Shown here in pieces: positions 19,191 through 28,481 of a stretch of DNA of 64,000 bases; the first letter of the stretch is position 1, and every line of letters starts with the position of its first letter. The stretch covers positions 6,605 to 70,604 of the forward strand of contig JAJDVT010000058.1 of assembly GCA_022826005.1 (NCBI GenBank). The letters are read 5' to 3'. The DNA comes from Gemmatimonadota bacterium. GTDB taxonomy: Bacteria > Gemmatimonadota > Gemmatimonadetes > Longimicrobiales > Gaopeijiaceae. The notes beneath the pieces were generated by a model. That model saw only the letters and a list, made by a program, of their open reading frames with translations. It made no database searches and had not been told where the DNA came from. The translations under genes and the position numbers were made by a program.

Positions 19191-20989
19191 CCAACGCCGA
19201 ACTGGCGGCGCACATCGCCGAGCTGGCCGACCTGATGGCTCTGGACGGTGCGGACACCTATCGCGTGTCCCACTACCGCAAAGCTGCCGCCGCCATCCGC
19301 CGTTTCCACCATCCCCTCGCCGCGATGATCGAAACGGGGACCGATCTGAGCGCGGTCCCGGGGATCGGGAAGGGCCTCGCCACCCTCCTCACCGATCTCG
19401 TGCGGCAGGGTTCCTCACCGCGCCTGGACGAGTACCGCGCGAGGATCCCGGCCGGGATCGTGGCCCTCATGCGCCTGGACGGCGTGGGAGCGACGCGGGC
19501 GCGCACCCTCCGGGACGCGGGCATCGACACGGTGGCGAAGCTCGAAGCAGCGCTGGACAACCGGGAGATCCGCAGGCTCGAGGGATTCGGACCCGGCGTG
19601 GTGAGCCGGTTGAAGCGCGGCCTGGCGGCTCGGCGGGTACTCGGGCAGAGCTCGCTCCTGTTCCGGGCGGACCGCGCCGCGGAACGGGTGACTGAAGCAC
19701 TCAAGGACGCGGGCATCGAGTTCAGACTCGCGGGCGATGCCCGGCGGCGCGCCGAAGTCGTGACCAGCGTGGATGTCGTCTGCGCGGTGCCGGGCGATGC
19801 GCTCTCCGACCTCGCGGCCGGCATTTCCGCCGCGCGCATCCAGGGATCGCGAAGTGACAACCCTCTTCCGCTGATCCTGGACGGGGTGAGGATCCGACTG
19901 GTCGCCGCTCCGGGGGAGGTGCTGGAGACGGTCGCCCACCACCTGACCGGCCCTCCCGCATACATCGAGGCCCTGGCGGCGCGTGCCCGCGGGCGCGGCC
20001 TGGAGTTGACGCCTGCGGGGATCGTGAGGGGCCCCGATGGAGGTTCGCGCCAGGCCTCCCGGAATGATGTCGCCGATGCCGGAGCCATGCCGACCGAGGC
20101 CACCGCGAATGATGCGGCCGGTGCGGGAGCCGCGCCAACCGAGGCCACCGCGACCGAACCGAGCCTCTACAAAGCGCTGGCCCTTCCCTGGATTGCGGCT
20201 GAACTGCGGGAAGACTCCACCACGATCGAGCGCGCCGAGGCCGGGCTACCGACGCTGGTCACCCATGGGGACATCCAGGGCGACCTCCACATGCACACGA
20301 CATGGAGCGACGGCGCCGCCACCCTGGACCGCATGGCCGCGGCCTCGCTGGCCAGGGGCTACCGGTACATCGCCATCACCGACCATTCGCCCTCCACCGG
20401 GATCACCGGCGGCCTGGACGGGCCGGCCCTCAGGGCGCAGGCGGCGGAGATCGCCCGCGTTCAGGAGCGTCTGCCCGGCATCCGTATCCTGCGCGGCTGC
20501 GAGGTGGACATTCTCCGGGACGGATCCCTGGACATCGGAGACGAGTTTCTCGCGGAACTGGACCTGGTCCTGGTATCGGTTCATTCGTCCTTCGACATGT
20601 CCGAGGCGCAGATGACCAGGCGGATCATCAGGGCGCTCGATAATCCGCTCGTACACGTTCTTTGCCACCCGACCGGACGGAAGCTGGGTCGGCGCGCACC
20701 CTATCCGGTCGACCTGAATGAGGTGCTGCGGGCGGCAGCCGCGCTGAACGTCGCGGTCGAGATCAACGCGAATCCCCGGCGCATGGACCTCGACTCCTGC
20801 GGCCTTCAGCGGTGTGGCCAGCTCGGGGTCAGGGTCGCGGTAAACTCCGATGCGCATTCAGTGGCTAGTTTGGATAACATGCGCTACGGCGTCGACCAGG
20901 CTCGGAGGGGTTGGTTGCAACCAGACCAGATCTTGAACGCGGGAACGCTAGCGGGGTTGCTCGAGTGGGCGGCCCGGAGGCATGCATGA
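19187..20989 (+). CDS. polX: family X DNA polymerase with C-terminal PHP domain (PolX)
   Basis: GTG start overlapping the ligA stop (GTGA). The N-terminal HhH/8-kDa-like domain (NAELAAHIAELADLMALDGADTYRVSHYRKAAAAI, PGIGKGLA) and the PHP motifs (GDLHMHTTWSDG, IAITDHS, VSVHS, NSDAHS) are present. Confidence 0.88.
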   Translation: MTNAELAAHIAELADLMALDGADTYRVSHYRKAAAAIRRFHHPLAAMIETGTDLSAVPGIGKGLATLLTDLVRQGSSPRLDEYRARIPAGIVALMRLDGVGATRARTLRDAGIDTVAKLEAALDNREIRRLEGFGPGVVSRLKRGLAARRVLGQSSLLFRADRAAERVTEALKDAGIEFRLAGDARRRAEVVTSVDVVCAVPGDALSDLAAGISAARIQGSRSDNPLPLILDGVRIRLVAAPGEVLETVAHHLTGPPAYIEALAARARGRGLELTPAGIVRGPDGGSRQASRNDVADAGAMPTEATANDAAGAGAAPTEATATEPSLYKALALPWIAAELREDSTTIERAEAGLPTLVTHGDIQGDLHMHTTWSDGAATLDRMAAASLARGYRYIAITDHSPSTGITGGLDGPALRAQAAEIARVQERLPGIRILRGCEVDILRDGSLDIGDEFLAELDLVLVSVHSSFDMSEAQMTRRIIRALDNPLVHVLCHPTGRKLGRRAPYPVDLNEVLRAAAALNVAVEINANPRRMDLDSCGLQRCGQLGVRVAVNSDAHSVASLDNMRYGVDQARRGWLQPDQILNAGTLAGLLEWAARRHA

Positions 20990-21960
20990 GTATGCTGGCC
21001 TGGTACCTCGTGCTGCTGCTCGGCGGGTTCGGCGCCATCTATTTCGGCGCCGAGTGGCTCGTGCGGGGCTCCGCGCGCATCGCTTCAGGGATTGGGATCA
21101 GCCCGGTGGTCGTGGGGTTGACCCTGGTGGCCCTGGGCACTTCGGCCCCGGAGCTCGTGGTCGGGATCTTCGCGGTCCTGCAGGGCGACGGGGGCCTTCT
21201 GATGGGGAACGTGCTGGGCTCCAACCTCGCGAACATCGGCCTGATCCTGGGGGCTACGGCGCTGATCACTCCGCTGGGCGTCGCGGACCGGGTGATTGCG
21301 CGCGATGTACCGATCATGCTGGTGATCACGGTGCTGGTCTTTCCCCTGGTGCTCGATGGGGTGGTCGACCGGGGCGATGGCGTCATCCTGCTTGCTATTC
21401 TCGCGCTGTACATCGGCTTCACCTTCATCCCGCTCGGGGAGGATGCGAGCAGCATCCGGGAGGAGGTGGACAGCCTGACCGACGAACCGGGCAAGCCGTT
21501 CTCGGTCCGGGATTCGCTCGGGAATCTGGGACTTGCGGCGGGTGGAGCAGTGGGACTGGGCTTCGGAGGTTGGGCGACGGTGGCAGGAGCCAGGTATCTG
21601 GCAGGGGCGCTGGGAGCCAGCACGGAAGTCATCGGCTTGACGGTGGTGGCGGTGGGAACATCGCTCCCGGAACTGGTCACGTCGCTGGTGGCGGCGGCGC
21701 GGCGGCAACCGGACATCGCAGTGGGCAACATCGTAGGATCCAACATCTTCAACCTGACGCTGGTCATCGGGGCGTCGGGCCTCGTCGGTACCTTCCCGGT
21801 CGGTGAATCGATCCTGACACTCCAGCTTCCCTCGGTGCTGGTCCTGTCGCTCCTGGTCTGGCCGGTGGCGGCCAGCGCCCGGATGGTCAGGCGCTGGGAG
21901 GGACTTCTGCTGCTGGCCGTCTATGTCGCCTTCGCGGTCTGGATCTCCGTTGTCACCTGA
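20986..21960 (+). CDS. CaCA-family sodium/calcium exchanger membrane protein (YrbG-like)
   Basis: ATG overlapping the polX stop (ATGA). Two alpha-repeats are present (GLTLVALGTSAPELVVG and GLTVVAVGTSLPELVTS). About 10 TM segments. Confidence 0.88.
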   Translation: MSMLAWYLVLLLGGFGAIYFGAEWLVRGSARIASGIGISPVVVGLTLVALGTSAPELVVGIFAVLQGDGGLLMGNVLGSNLANIGLILGATALITPLGVADRVIARDVPIMLVITVLVFPLVLDGVVDRGDGVILLAILALYIGFTFIPLGEDASSIREEVDSLTDEPGKPFSVRDSLGNLGLAAGGAVGLGFGGWATVAGARYLAGALGASTEVIGLTVVAVGTSLPELVTSLVAAARRQPDIAVGNIVGSNIFNLTLVIGASGLVGTFPVGESILTLQLPSVLVLSLLVWPVAASARMVRRWEGLLLLAVYVAFAVWISVVT

Positions 21961-23317
21961 CCGGCCCGGCCGGGAGTTGGCGGAACGCCTTTCGCGGGTC
22001 GAGTCGCGCAACGTCACCTTCCTGGAACCGGCCCCGCCATTCTGGACCGAGGCTTCGGGCGCCCGCGTCCGGGATGCGGCGGGCCGCGAATACCTGGACT
22101 TTACAGGCGCCTTCGGAGTGGCCTTTGCCGGGCATCGGCATCCCATGGTGGTAGAGCGGATCCGCGCGCAGGCCGGGCGGCTCGTTCACGGGATGGGCGA
22201 CATTCACCCGCCTGCGGTCAAGGTTGAATTCCTCGAGGCGCTGACCGCGCTGATGCCGTGGCCGGAAGCGCGGGCGATCCTCGGGCTGAGCGGGTCGGAC
22301 GCGGTGGAGGCGGCGCTGAAGACGGCCCAGCTCGCGACCGGCCGGCCGGGAGTGATCGCCTTTGAGGGCAGCTATCACGGCCTGACGCTCGGCGCCCTCG
22401 CGACGACCCACCGGGAGCATTTCCGTGCTCCGTTCGTCCGCCGCCTTGCGGAGCACGTGCACTTCGTGCCCTTCCCGGTGACACCGGAGCAGGGGGATGC
22501 GGTGCTCGACCGGGTGGACGAGCTGGTCGGCCAGGCGACACCGGTCCCCGTGGGCGCGGTCATCGTGGAGCCCATCCAGGGCCGGGCGGGGGTGCGCGTC
22601 CCGCCGAGCGGGTTCCTGGCAGAGCTGGCGGTACGGGTCCGAGAGCGCGGCGCGCTCCTGATCGCCGACGAGATCTTCACCGGAATGGGGCGCACCGGGA
22701 CCCTGCTGGCGAGCGACCACGACGGGGTCGTGCCGGACCTCGTCTGCCTGGGAAAGGCGCTGGGGGGCGGCATGCCGCTGTCGGCGTGCGTGGGTCCGGC
22801 ACAGGTGATGGACGCCTGGCCACCGTCGTCCGGCGAAGCCATCCACACCAGTACGTTTCTGGGGCATCCCGTCTGCTGTGCGGCGGGATTGGGCTTCCTG
22901 AAGGCTCTGCAATGCGACGATCTCATCGCCCGTGCCGCGCGGCTGGGCTCCCTGGCCCTCGACCATCTTTCGAAAGCCCTGGCCGGCCGCGAGCAGGTCG
23001 TCCAGACACGAGGGCGGGGGCTGATGCTCGGCGTCGAATCAAGCGGACACGGTGCGGCCCGCACCGTCCGCCACGCGCTGGAGCACGGTCTGATCCTGCT
23101 CCCGGCAGGGGGACACGGCCAGGTCGTCGAACTGACCCCGCCCGCCACCCTCACGGAGGATGAACTCGAAGCGGGGCTGGCGATTCTGGTCACCGCGATA
23201 GAGGCGAGCGGGAACGCCGAACAGCGACCCGCGAACCAGGCCGTGGACAAGCCCCCGCGGCATTCGAGCGGCGATGCATCCGAGTTGGACCGCTTCGCTG
23301 ACCCGTCCACGCTGTAG
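21923..23317 (+). CDS. class III PLP-dependent aminotransferase (acetylornithine/GABA aminotransferase-like)
   Basis: GSDAVEAALKTA, DEIFTGMGRTGTLLASDHDGVVPDLVCLGKALGGGMPLSA (PLP lysine). The ATG at 21923 overlaps the upstream gene by 38 nt, so the true start may lie further downstream. Confidence 0.85.
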   Translation: MSPSRSGSPLSPDRPGRELAERLSRVESRNVTFLEPAPPFWTEASGARVRDAAGREYLDFTGAFGVAFAGHRHPMVVERIRAQAGRLVHGMGDIHPPAVKVEFLEALTALMPWPEARAILGLSGSDAVEAALKTAQLATGRPGVIAFEGSYHGLTLGALATTHREHFRAPFVRRLAEHVHFVPFPVTPEQGDAVLDRVDELVGQATPVPVGAVIVEPIQGRAGVRVPPSGFLAELAVRVRERGALLIADEIFTGMGRTGTLLASDHDGVVPDLVCLGKALGGGMPLSACVGPAQVMDAWPPSSGEAIHTSTFLGHPVCCAAGLGFLKALQCDDLIARAARLGSLALDHLSKALAGREQVVQTRGRGLMLGVESSGHGAARTVRHALEHGLILLPAGGHGQVVELTPPATLTEDELEAGLAILVTAIEASGNAEQRPANQAVDKPPRHSSGDASELDRFADPSTL

Positions 23318-23359
23318 CGTCCGCTCGCCCACGTGAACCGGGAGCGGAAGCGCGCGCTG

Positions 23360-23650
23360 TCAGCGAGCGGACGTGGCGAAGTCGATTCGCTCGGCGAGCG
23401 CCAGATCCCTATCGGTCACGCCCCCGGCGTCGTGCGACCAGAGCCTCAGCAGGACCTCGTTGTAGTTGACCCTGATCTCGGGGTGGTGCTCCAACTCGTC
23501 GGAGATCGTCGCCACCCGGTTGACGAAGACGATCGCGCTCCTGAAGGACTGGAAGACGTATTTCTTGCGGATCTTGCCGTCTGCGAACTTCCACCTCGGG
23601 TGGGCGTTGACCCATCCTTCGACTTCAGTCGGCGGAAGAATTCCTTTCAT
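23360..23650 (-). CDS. 4a-hydroxytetrahydrobiopterin (pterin-4-alpha-carbinolamine) dehydratase
   Basis: Trimmed to ATG 23650 (MKGILPPTEVEGWV...). FQSFRSAIVFVNRVATISDELEHHPEIRVNYNEVLLRLWSHD is the PCD signature. Confidence 0.88.
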   Translation of the reverse strand: MKGILPPTEVEGWVNAHPRWKFADGKIRKKYVFQSFRSAIVFVNRVATISDELEHHPEIRVNYNEVLLRLWSHDAGGVTDRDLALAERIDFATSAR

Positions 23651-23911
23651 CGGTGTCGTGCTCCCATCTGACAACTGCCGTCCGGCCCCCGCATCGGGCG
23701 GAATCAACCCTGCCAGCGTATTATAACGTTGGCGGGTTTGGGGGCGAAGAAGGAGACCGCTCCCGGGCGTTGGGCGCCCGGAAGGAGTTGCCTACATTTA
23801 TCTTGGCCAACACGGGGAGAAACGCGACCGTGCCGACTTTCGGGCAAGGGAGTGTCGATCCCGACCGTCGGTCGACCATGGATCACGAGGCGTTGCAGTT
23901 GCGGGGAGGCG

Positions 23912-25087
23912 ATGGCCGTCACAATTCCCAGCTCGTACGCGGAGGGGTATGAACTGGCCCGGGCCATGGATCCCGGGCTGAGCGAGGTCTATATCCGCCA
24001 TACACACATCGGCGACCCGTTGGCGGATGCCGTGGCCGAGGACCTGGTGTCGTGGCCGTCTCGCGAGGTCCACGCCCTGCTGGCGAGGGTTCTGCAGGAC
24101 CCCGAGAAACTGTCGGCAAAAACCCCGGATTCCCTAAGGCGCTTCATGGCCGAATCCCTGGAGGTGCCGGACTGGTTCGATGAGGAGGTCGCGCTGGTTG
24201 CATCACGGGCCTTCCTTCGCAACTCGGATCTGGTTCTTGCGGGCCTGGTGGGCGGCAGCATCGTCGAGGGGTTCGCGACGCTGATCAGCAAATCGTTCCG
24301 GATCAGGGGCAGGGTCACGGCGTCGGGGGTCCGGCGCCTCAAGCAGAACGGTCTGCAGCTGATCGAACAGTACCTGCCCGGTGGCATGAGCCCGCTCGGC
24401 GACGGGTGGAAGCTGACGATTCGCGTCCGACTGGTTCACGCACAGTCGAGACTGCTCATCAGCCAGTCCGACGAATGGAACCGGGGGCGCTACGGCCTGC
24501 CCATCAGCGCCGCGACCGTATTCCTGGCCGGCGCCGCCTTCTCGGGCAGGCTGATGCAGCACGTCGCGGCGCTGGGCGGCGACTTCTCCAGAGAGGAACG
24601 CGAAGCATACATCCACGTCTGGCGCTACACGGGACTTCTGATCGGCATACCGGCGGAACTCCTCTTTCACGACGAGGCTTCCGCGGTGCGCGCGTTCGAG
24701 CTCGGCCAGCTCTGCGAGCCGCCGCCCGACGAAGACGCGATCATCATGGCGAACAGCATCGTCAACAGCGCGCCCCTGGTCATCGGCATCAACGAACCTG
24801 CCGAAAGGAGGAAGCTGGCCAGATACGTGTACCAGGTCTCCAGGGAACTCATCGGCAACGACCTCGCGGATGCCTTCCTGTTCCCGAAGCACCGCCGCAA
24901 GGTGGTTCCGGTCTTCCGCCTGAGGAACCGGTCGAAGCGATTTCTGGCCCGAACGCTCCCCTCCTGGCGCCAGAAGAAGGACCTGGAGCGGTTCAACGGC
25001 CTGATGGACTTCGTGAATCTGGGCAGGCTGGAGCACTCCTACAGCCTGCCGACGGCGCTCCACGACGAGCACTCGGCTGAATGGTAG
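23912..25087 (+). CDS. MpaB/DUF2236-family oxygenase-like protein
   Basis: Start at ATG 23912 preceded by GGGGAGG. DPLADAVAEDLV, the PDWFDEEV...SRAFL pattern and RLVHAQSRLL recall DUF2236 (MpaB / rubber-oxygenase-like) proteins. Confidence 0.7.
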   Translation: MAVTIPSSYAEGYELARAMDPGLSEVYIRHTHIGDPLADAVAEDLVSWPSREVHALLARVLQDPEKLSAKTPDSLRRFMAESLEVPDWFDEEVALVASRAFLRNSDLVLAGLVGGSIVEGFATLISKSFRIRGRVTASGVRRLKQNGLQLIEQYLPGGMSPLGDGWKLTIRVRLVHAQSRLLISQSDEWNRGRYGLPISAATVFLAGAAFSGRLMQHVAALGGDFSREEREAYIHVWRYTGLLIGIPAELLFHDEASAVRAFELGQLCEPPPDEDAIIMANSIVNSAPLVIGINEPAERRKLARYVYQVSRELIGNDLADAFLFPKHRRKVVPVFRLRNRSKRFLARTLPSWRQKKDLERFNGLMDFVNLGRLEHSYSLPTALHDEHSAEW

Positions 25088-25136
25088 GACCCCGCGCCCC
25101 GGCATGCCGCGGGCCGTTGTTGGTGGAGACGGGCAG

Positions 25137-28100
25137 CTATGCGATCCGCTTCGTCCGCCATCCTTCGAGTTTGAACTGAAGCATGACGAGTGCCGGGACG
25201 ACCAGCATCAACAGCGCGGTCGCGACGACCACTCCGAATCCCACCGAGGTGGCGAGCGGCACCAGGTGCTGGGTCTGAACGCTCGTCTCCAGCATCAGTG
25301 GCGCGACGCCGAGGAAGGTGGTCACCGAAGTCAGCAGGATTGCCCGAAAACGGGCCTTGGCCCCGGCGATGACCGCTTCCCTCGGCGTCAGTCCGCGTTC
25401 CCGGGAACGGTTGATGAACTTGATCATCATCAGTGAGTCGTTCACGACCACGCCGCTCACCCCGATCAGCCCCTGGATGGACGAGAAGCCGAGACTGAGG
25501 CCCAGTATGAGGTGTCCCGCCAACGCGCCCACCAGCCCCAGCGGAATCGCGGTCATCACGATGAGAGGCTGCGCGTAGGAGCCGAAGGGGATCGCCATGA
25601 GCACATACATCACCAGAAAGGCGAAGAAGACGGATCTGGGCAGGGCGGCGTTCACCTCCCTCTGCTGGCGCTGCTCCCCCCCGTGGGTGTAGGTGAATCC
25701 GGGATGGTCGTCGCCCAGCCTGGCCAGGAGGTTCCGCTCCATATTGCTGTTCACCCCCTGCCCGGTCACGACCGCGTTGTCCACGCTGGCCGTGACCGTG
25801 ATGACCCGCCGCTCGTCCAGGCGGTGAATGGTCGTGGGAGACCTTGCCAGCCCGACGTGGGCCACCTGGCCCAGGGGAACTTCCCGGCCCTGCGGGGTTC
25901 TCACCAGATAATCCTCGATGTCGGCGGGCGAGTTGCGTTCCTCCTCCGGGAGGCGCACGTAGACGCGCATCTCCTCGCGGCCGCGCTGCACGCGCAGGGC
26001 CTCGGTGCCGAAAAACGCGGCACGAACCTGGCGGGCGAAGTGATCCAGTGTGAGATCGAGCGTCCGTGCCGCGGGCTTGAGGTTGAGCTGCAGTTCCCGG
26101 ACGCCCTCGTCGTGGTTGGTCCTTACGTCGTACACCCCGCCCATCGACTCCAGCCCTGCGACCACCTCGTCGGCGATCCGTGCCAGGCGATCCGGATCGG
26201 GATGGGAAAGCTCGAGGTGGACCGGGAGTCCCAGCCCGAGGGCGCCCGCTGAAAACGCCAGCGACTTCACCTCGGGAAGCGTCCCCGTCTCCTCCCGCCA
26301 CAGGTTCTGGAATTCCGTTGAGGTGAAGTCGCGCAGCGACAGCGCGGGGAGCTTGAATTCCACCGACCCGATGTGTCCCCTGGGCAACTCCACCGCGTCA
26401 CCCCCCAGTGGGTCGAAGAGCTGGGCGGCCTGGCCTACGGTGACGCTCACATCGGCCGCCATCGGCTCGGAATCGCGGGTGAGCGCCTCCAGCACGCGCT
26501 GTCCCGCCGCTTCGAGTTGCGCCGCCACGTCTGCCGTGCGCTCACTCGGCGTCCCGACCGGCATCTCGATGTTGGCCGACACGATGTCGCCCTCGATCTG
26601 GGGAAGGAACTCGTACCTGACCAGCCCAGTCGCTATGATCGTCATGGAGATCAGCATCAGTGCGGCTACGGCGGCGAGCACGACGGCCGGAGCGGCGGTG
26701 GCGAACCGAAGTGCGCGATCGAGCGGCCCGTCAACGATGCGGCGCAGCAGGCCGTCGACCGCCCGCTGGGCTTGCCGCACCATTCGCCCGGGCCGCCACC
26801 TGGGCTCGCGGGGCGCGGGCAGGTGCGCCAGGTGGTTCGGCAGCACGAGCAGCGATTCCACCAGCGAGAGCATGAGCACGGCGATCACGACGATGGGGAT
26901 GCTCAGGCCGATCTTGCCGATGGGTCCCGGCACGGTGAGCAGAACGGAAAAGGCCGTCACCGTCGTCAGCACCGAGAAGATCACGGGACCCGCGATGCGC
27001 TGCGTTCCGCGGACTGCCGCGGCCAGCCCCTCGGTCCCCCTCTCCCGCTCGGCGTAGATGTTCTCGCCGACCACGATCGCGTCATCGACCACGATGCCCA
27101 GCGCGAGCACCATCGCCATCAGCGAGAACATGCTGATCGAGATGCCCAGAAGCTGCATCACCAGGAATGTCCCGGCGAAGGCAACCGCGAGACCCACCGC
27201 CACCCACATCGCCAGCCTGATCTGCAGGAAGAGCGCGAGCGCAAGGAAGACGAGGAGCAGGCCCAGCAACGCGTTCTCGAGGAGCAGGTTGACCCGGCCC
27301 CGGAGGTCGACCGAGTCGTCCCTCCAGATCTGAACGCCAACCCCCTCGGGTAGCGATGGCACCACTTCGGCATCGATGTATCCGCGCACGGCCTGCGCGA
27401 TATCCAGCACGTCCTCGCCGGCGGTGCGGAAGACATCGATGCGCGCGGCCGGCTGCCCGTTGAAGCGCGCGAGCAGGTCGCTGTCGGCGAAGGCGTCCCG
27501 CACGGTGGCGATCTGCCCCAGCCGCACGGCGGTGCCGTCGGCCCGCGTCAGGACGATGATGTCCTCGAAGTCGAACTGCTCGTAGTTCTGGCCGAGGGTG
27601 CGGACGCGGATCTCCTCCTCGCCCGTGGATATCTTCCCCGCGGAGAGCTCCAGCGAACCCTGGCGAACGGCAAACGCGACGTCCTCCAGCGTCAGGCCGA
27701 GGGCGCGCAGGCGGTCGAGCGGCACCTCGATCGAGATCTCGTAGTTGCGCACCCCGCTGATTTCCGCGTAGGAGACCTCGGGCAGGGCCAGAATCCCGTC
27801 TTCGATCCGGTAGGTCAGCTCCTTGATCGCGCGTTCGGAGGCGCTGCCGTAGACCATGAGACGAAAGATGCTCTGGCGGCTCGTGACTTCGCGGACCTCC
27901 GCGCGCTCGGCACCCGCCGGAAAGGTCAGAATGCGGTCCACCTGAGCCTTCACGTCGGCCAGGGCCCGGCTCATGTTCGTCCCCTGCCTGAACTCCGCGA
28001 TCACCGAGCCCAGACCCTCGGCCGCCGACGATTCCGTCCGCTTCAGCCCCTCGACGGACTGGATCTGCTCCTCGATCTTGCGGACGATCGATTCCTCCAC

Positions 28101-28349
28101 CTCCTGGGGGGCGGCCCCGGGGTACGGCACGACCACCTGAATGCGGTCCAGCGAGGCCTCGGGCAGGAACTCCTGCGGGAGTCCCATCGCCGAGATCAGC
28201 CCCATGAACAGGAGGAAGCCCATCAGCAGGTTTGCGGCGATGGGGTTGGCCGCCATGAACGCAATCGGGCCGGCTGGGCCGCTCGCCGGTGGACCCGTCG
28301 CCGGGCTCGGTCGGGTGGGGGGTGGGACGGAGGTGTCCGGAGGATTCAT
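25137..28349 (-). CDS. RND-family efflux transporter permease (AcrB-like), no adjacent MFP/OMF genes
   Basis: About 1070 aa from ATG 28349. NPIAANLLMGFLLFMGL N-terminus, 12-TM/two-large-loop organisation, conserved GIVVDDAIVVGENI and GVVVNDSLMMIKF motifs. Confidence 0.88.
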   Translation of the reverse strand: MNPPDTSVPPPTRPSPATGPPASGPAGPIAFMAANPIAANLLMGFLLFMGLISAMGLPQEFLPEASLDRIQVVVPYPGAAPQEVEESIVRKIEEQIQSVEGLKRTESSAAEGLGSVIAEFRQGTNMSRALADVKAQVDRILTFPAGAERAEVREVTSRQSIFRLMVYGSASERAIKELTYRIEDGILALPEVSYAEISGVRNYEISIEVPLDRLRALGLTLEDVAFAVRQGSLELSAGKISTGEEEIRVRTLGQNYEQFDFEDIIVLTRADGTAVRLGQIATVRDAFADSDLLARFNGQPAARIDVFRTAGEDVLDIAQAVRGYIDAEVVPSLPEGVGVQIWRDDSVDLRGRVNLLLENALLGLLLVFLALALFLQIRLAMWVAVGLAVAFAGTFLVMQLLGISISMFSLMAMVLALGIVVDDAIVVGENIYAERERGTEGLAAAVRGTQRIAGPVIFSVLTTVTAFSVLLTVPGPIGKIGLSIPIVVIAVLMLSLVESLLVLPNHLAHLPAPREPRWRPGRMVRQAQRAVDGLLRRIVDGPLDRALRFATAAPAVVLAAVAALMLISMTIIATGLVRYEFLPQIEGDIVSANIEMPVGTPSERTADVAAQLEAAGQRVLEALTRDSEPMAADVSVTVGQAAQLFDPLGGDAVELPRGHIGSVEFKLPALSLRDFTSTEFQNLWREETGTLPEVKSLAFSAGALGLGLPVHLELSHPDPDRLARIADEVVAGLESMGGVYDVRTNHDEGVRELQLNLKPAARTLDLTLDHFARQVRAAFFGTEALRVQRGREEMRVYVRLPEEERNSPADIEDYLVRTPQGREVPLGQVAHVGLARSPTTIHRLDERRVITVTASVDNAVVTGQGVNSNMERNLLARLGDDHPGFTYTHGGEQRQQREVNAALPRSVFFAFLVMYVLMAIPFGSYAQPLIVMTAIPLGLVGALAGHLILGLSLGFSSIQGLIGVSGVVVNDSLMMIKFINRSRERGLTPREAVIAGAKARFRAILLTSVTTFLGVAPLMLETSVQTQHLVPLATSVGFGVVVATALLMLVVPALVMLQFKLEGWRTKRIA

Positions 28350-28481
28350 CGGACCAAGGTGTGCGGCTGTGCGGGAGCGCCGCAAGGGTCCCGATGTCCG
28401 TCCCTTGCGGTCGGTCGGCAAACGCAGCCGGCGGCGACGAGCGGTCGTTGACGGAGGGAGCCACGTGGTAGAAAATCAACC

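Noticed and set aside
18011-19312. 433-aa minus-strand ORF.
   Set aside because: It is antisense to ligA.
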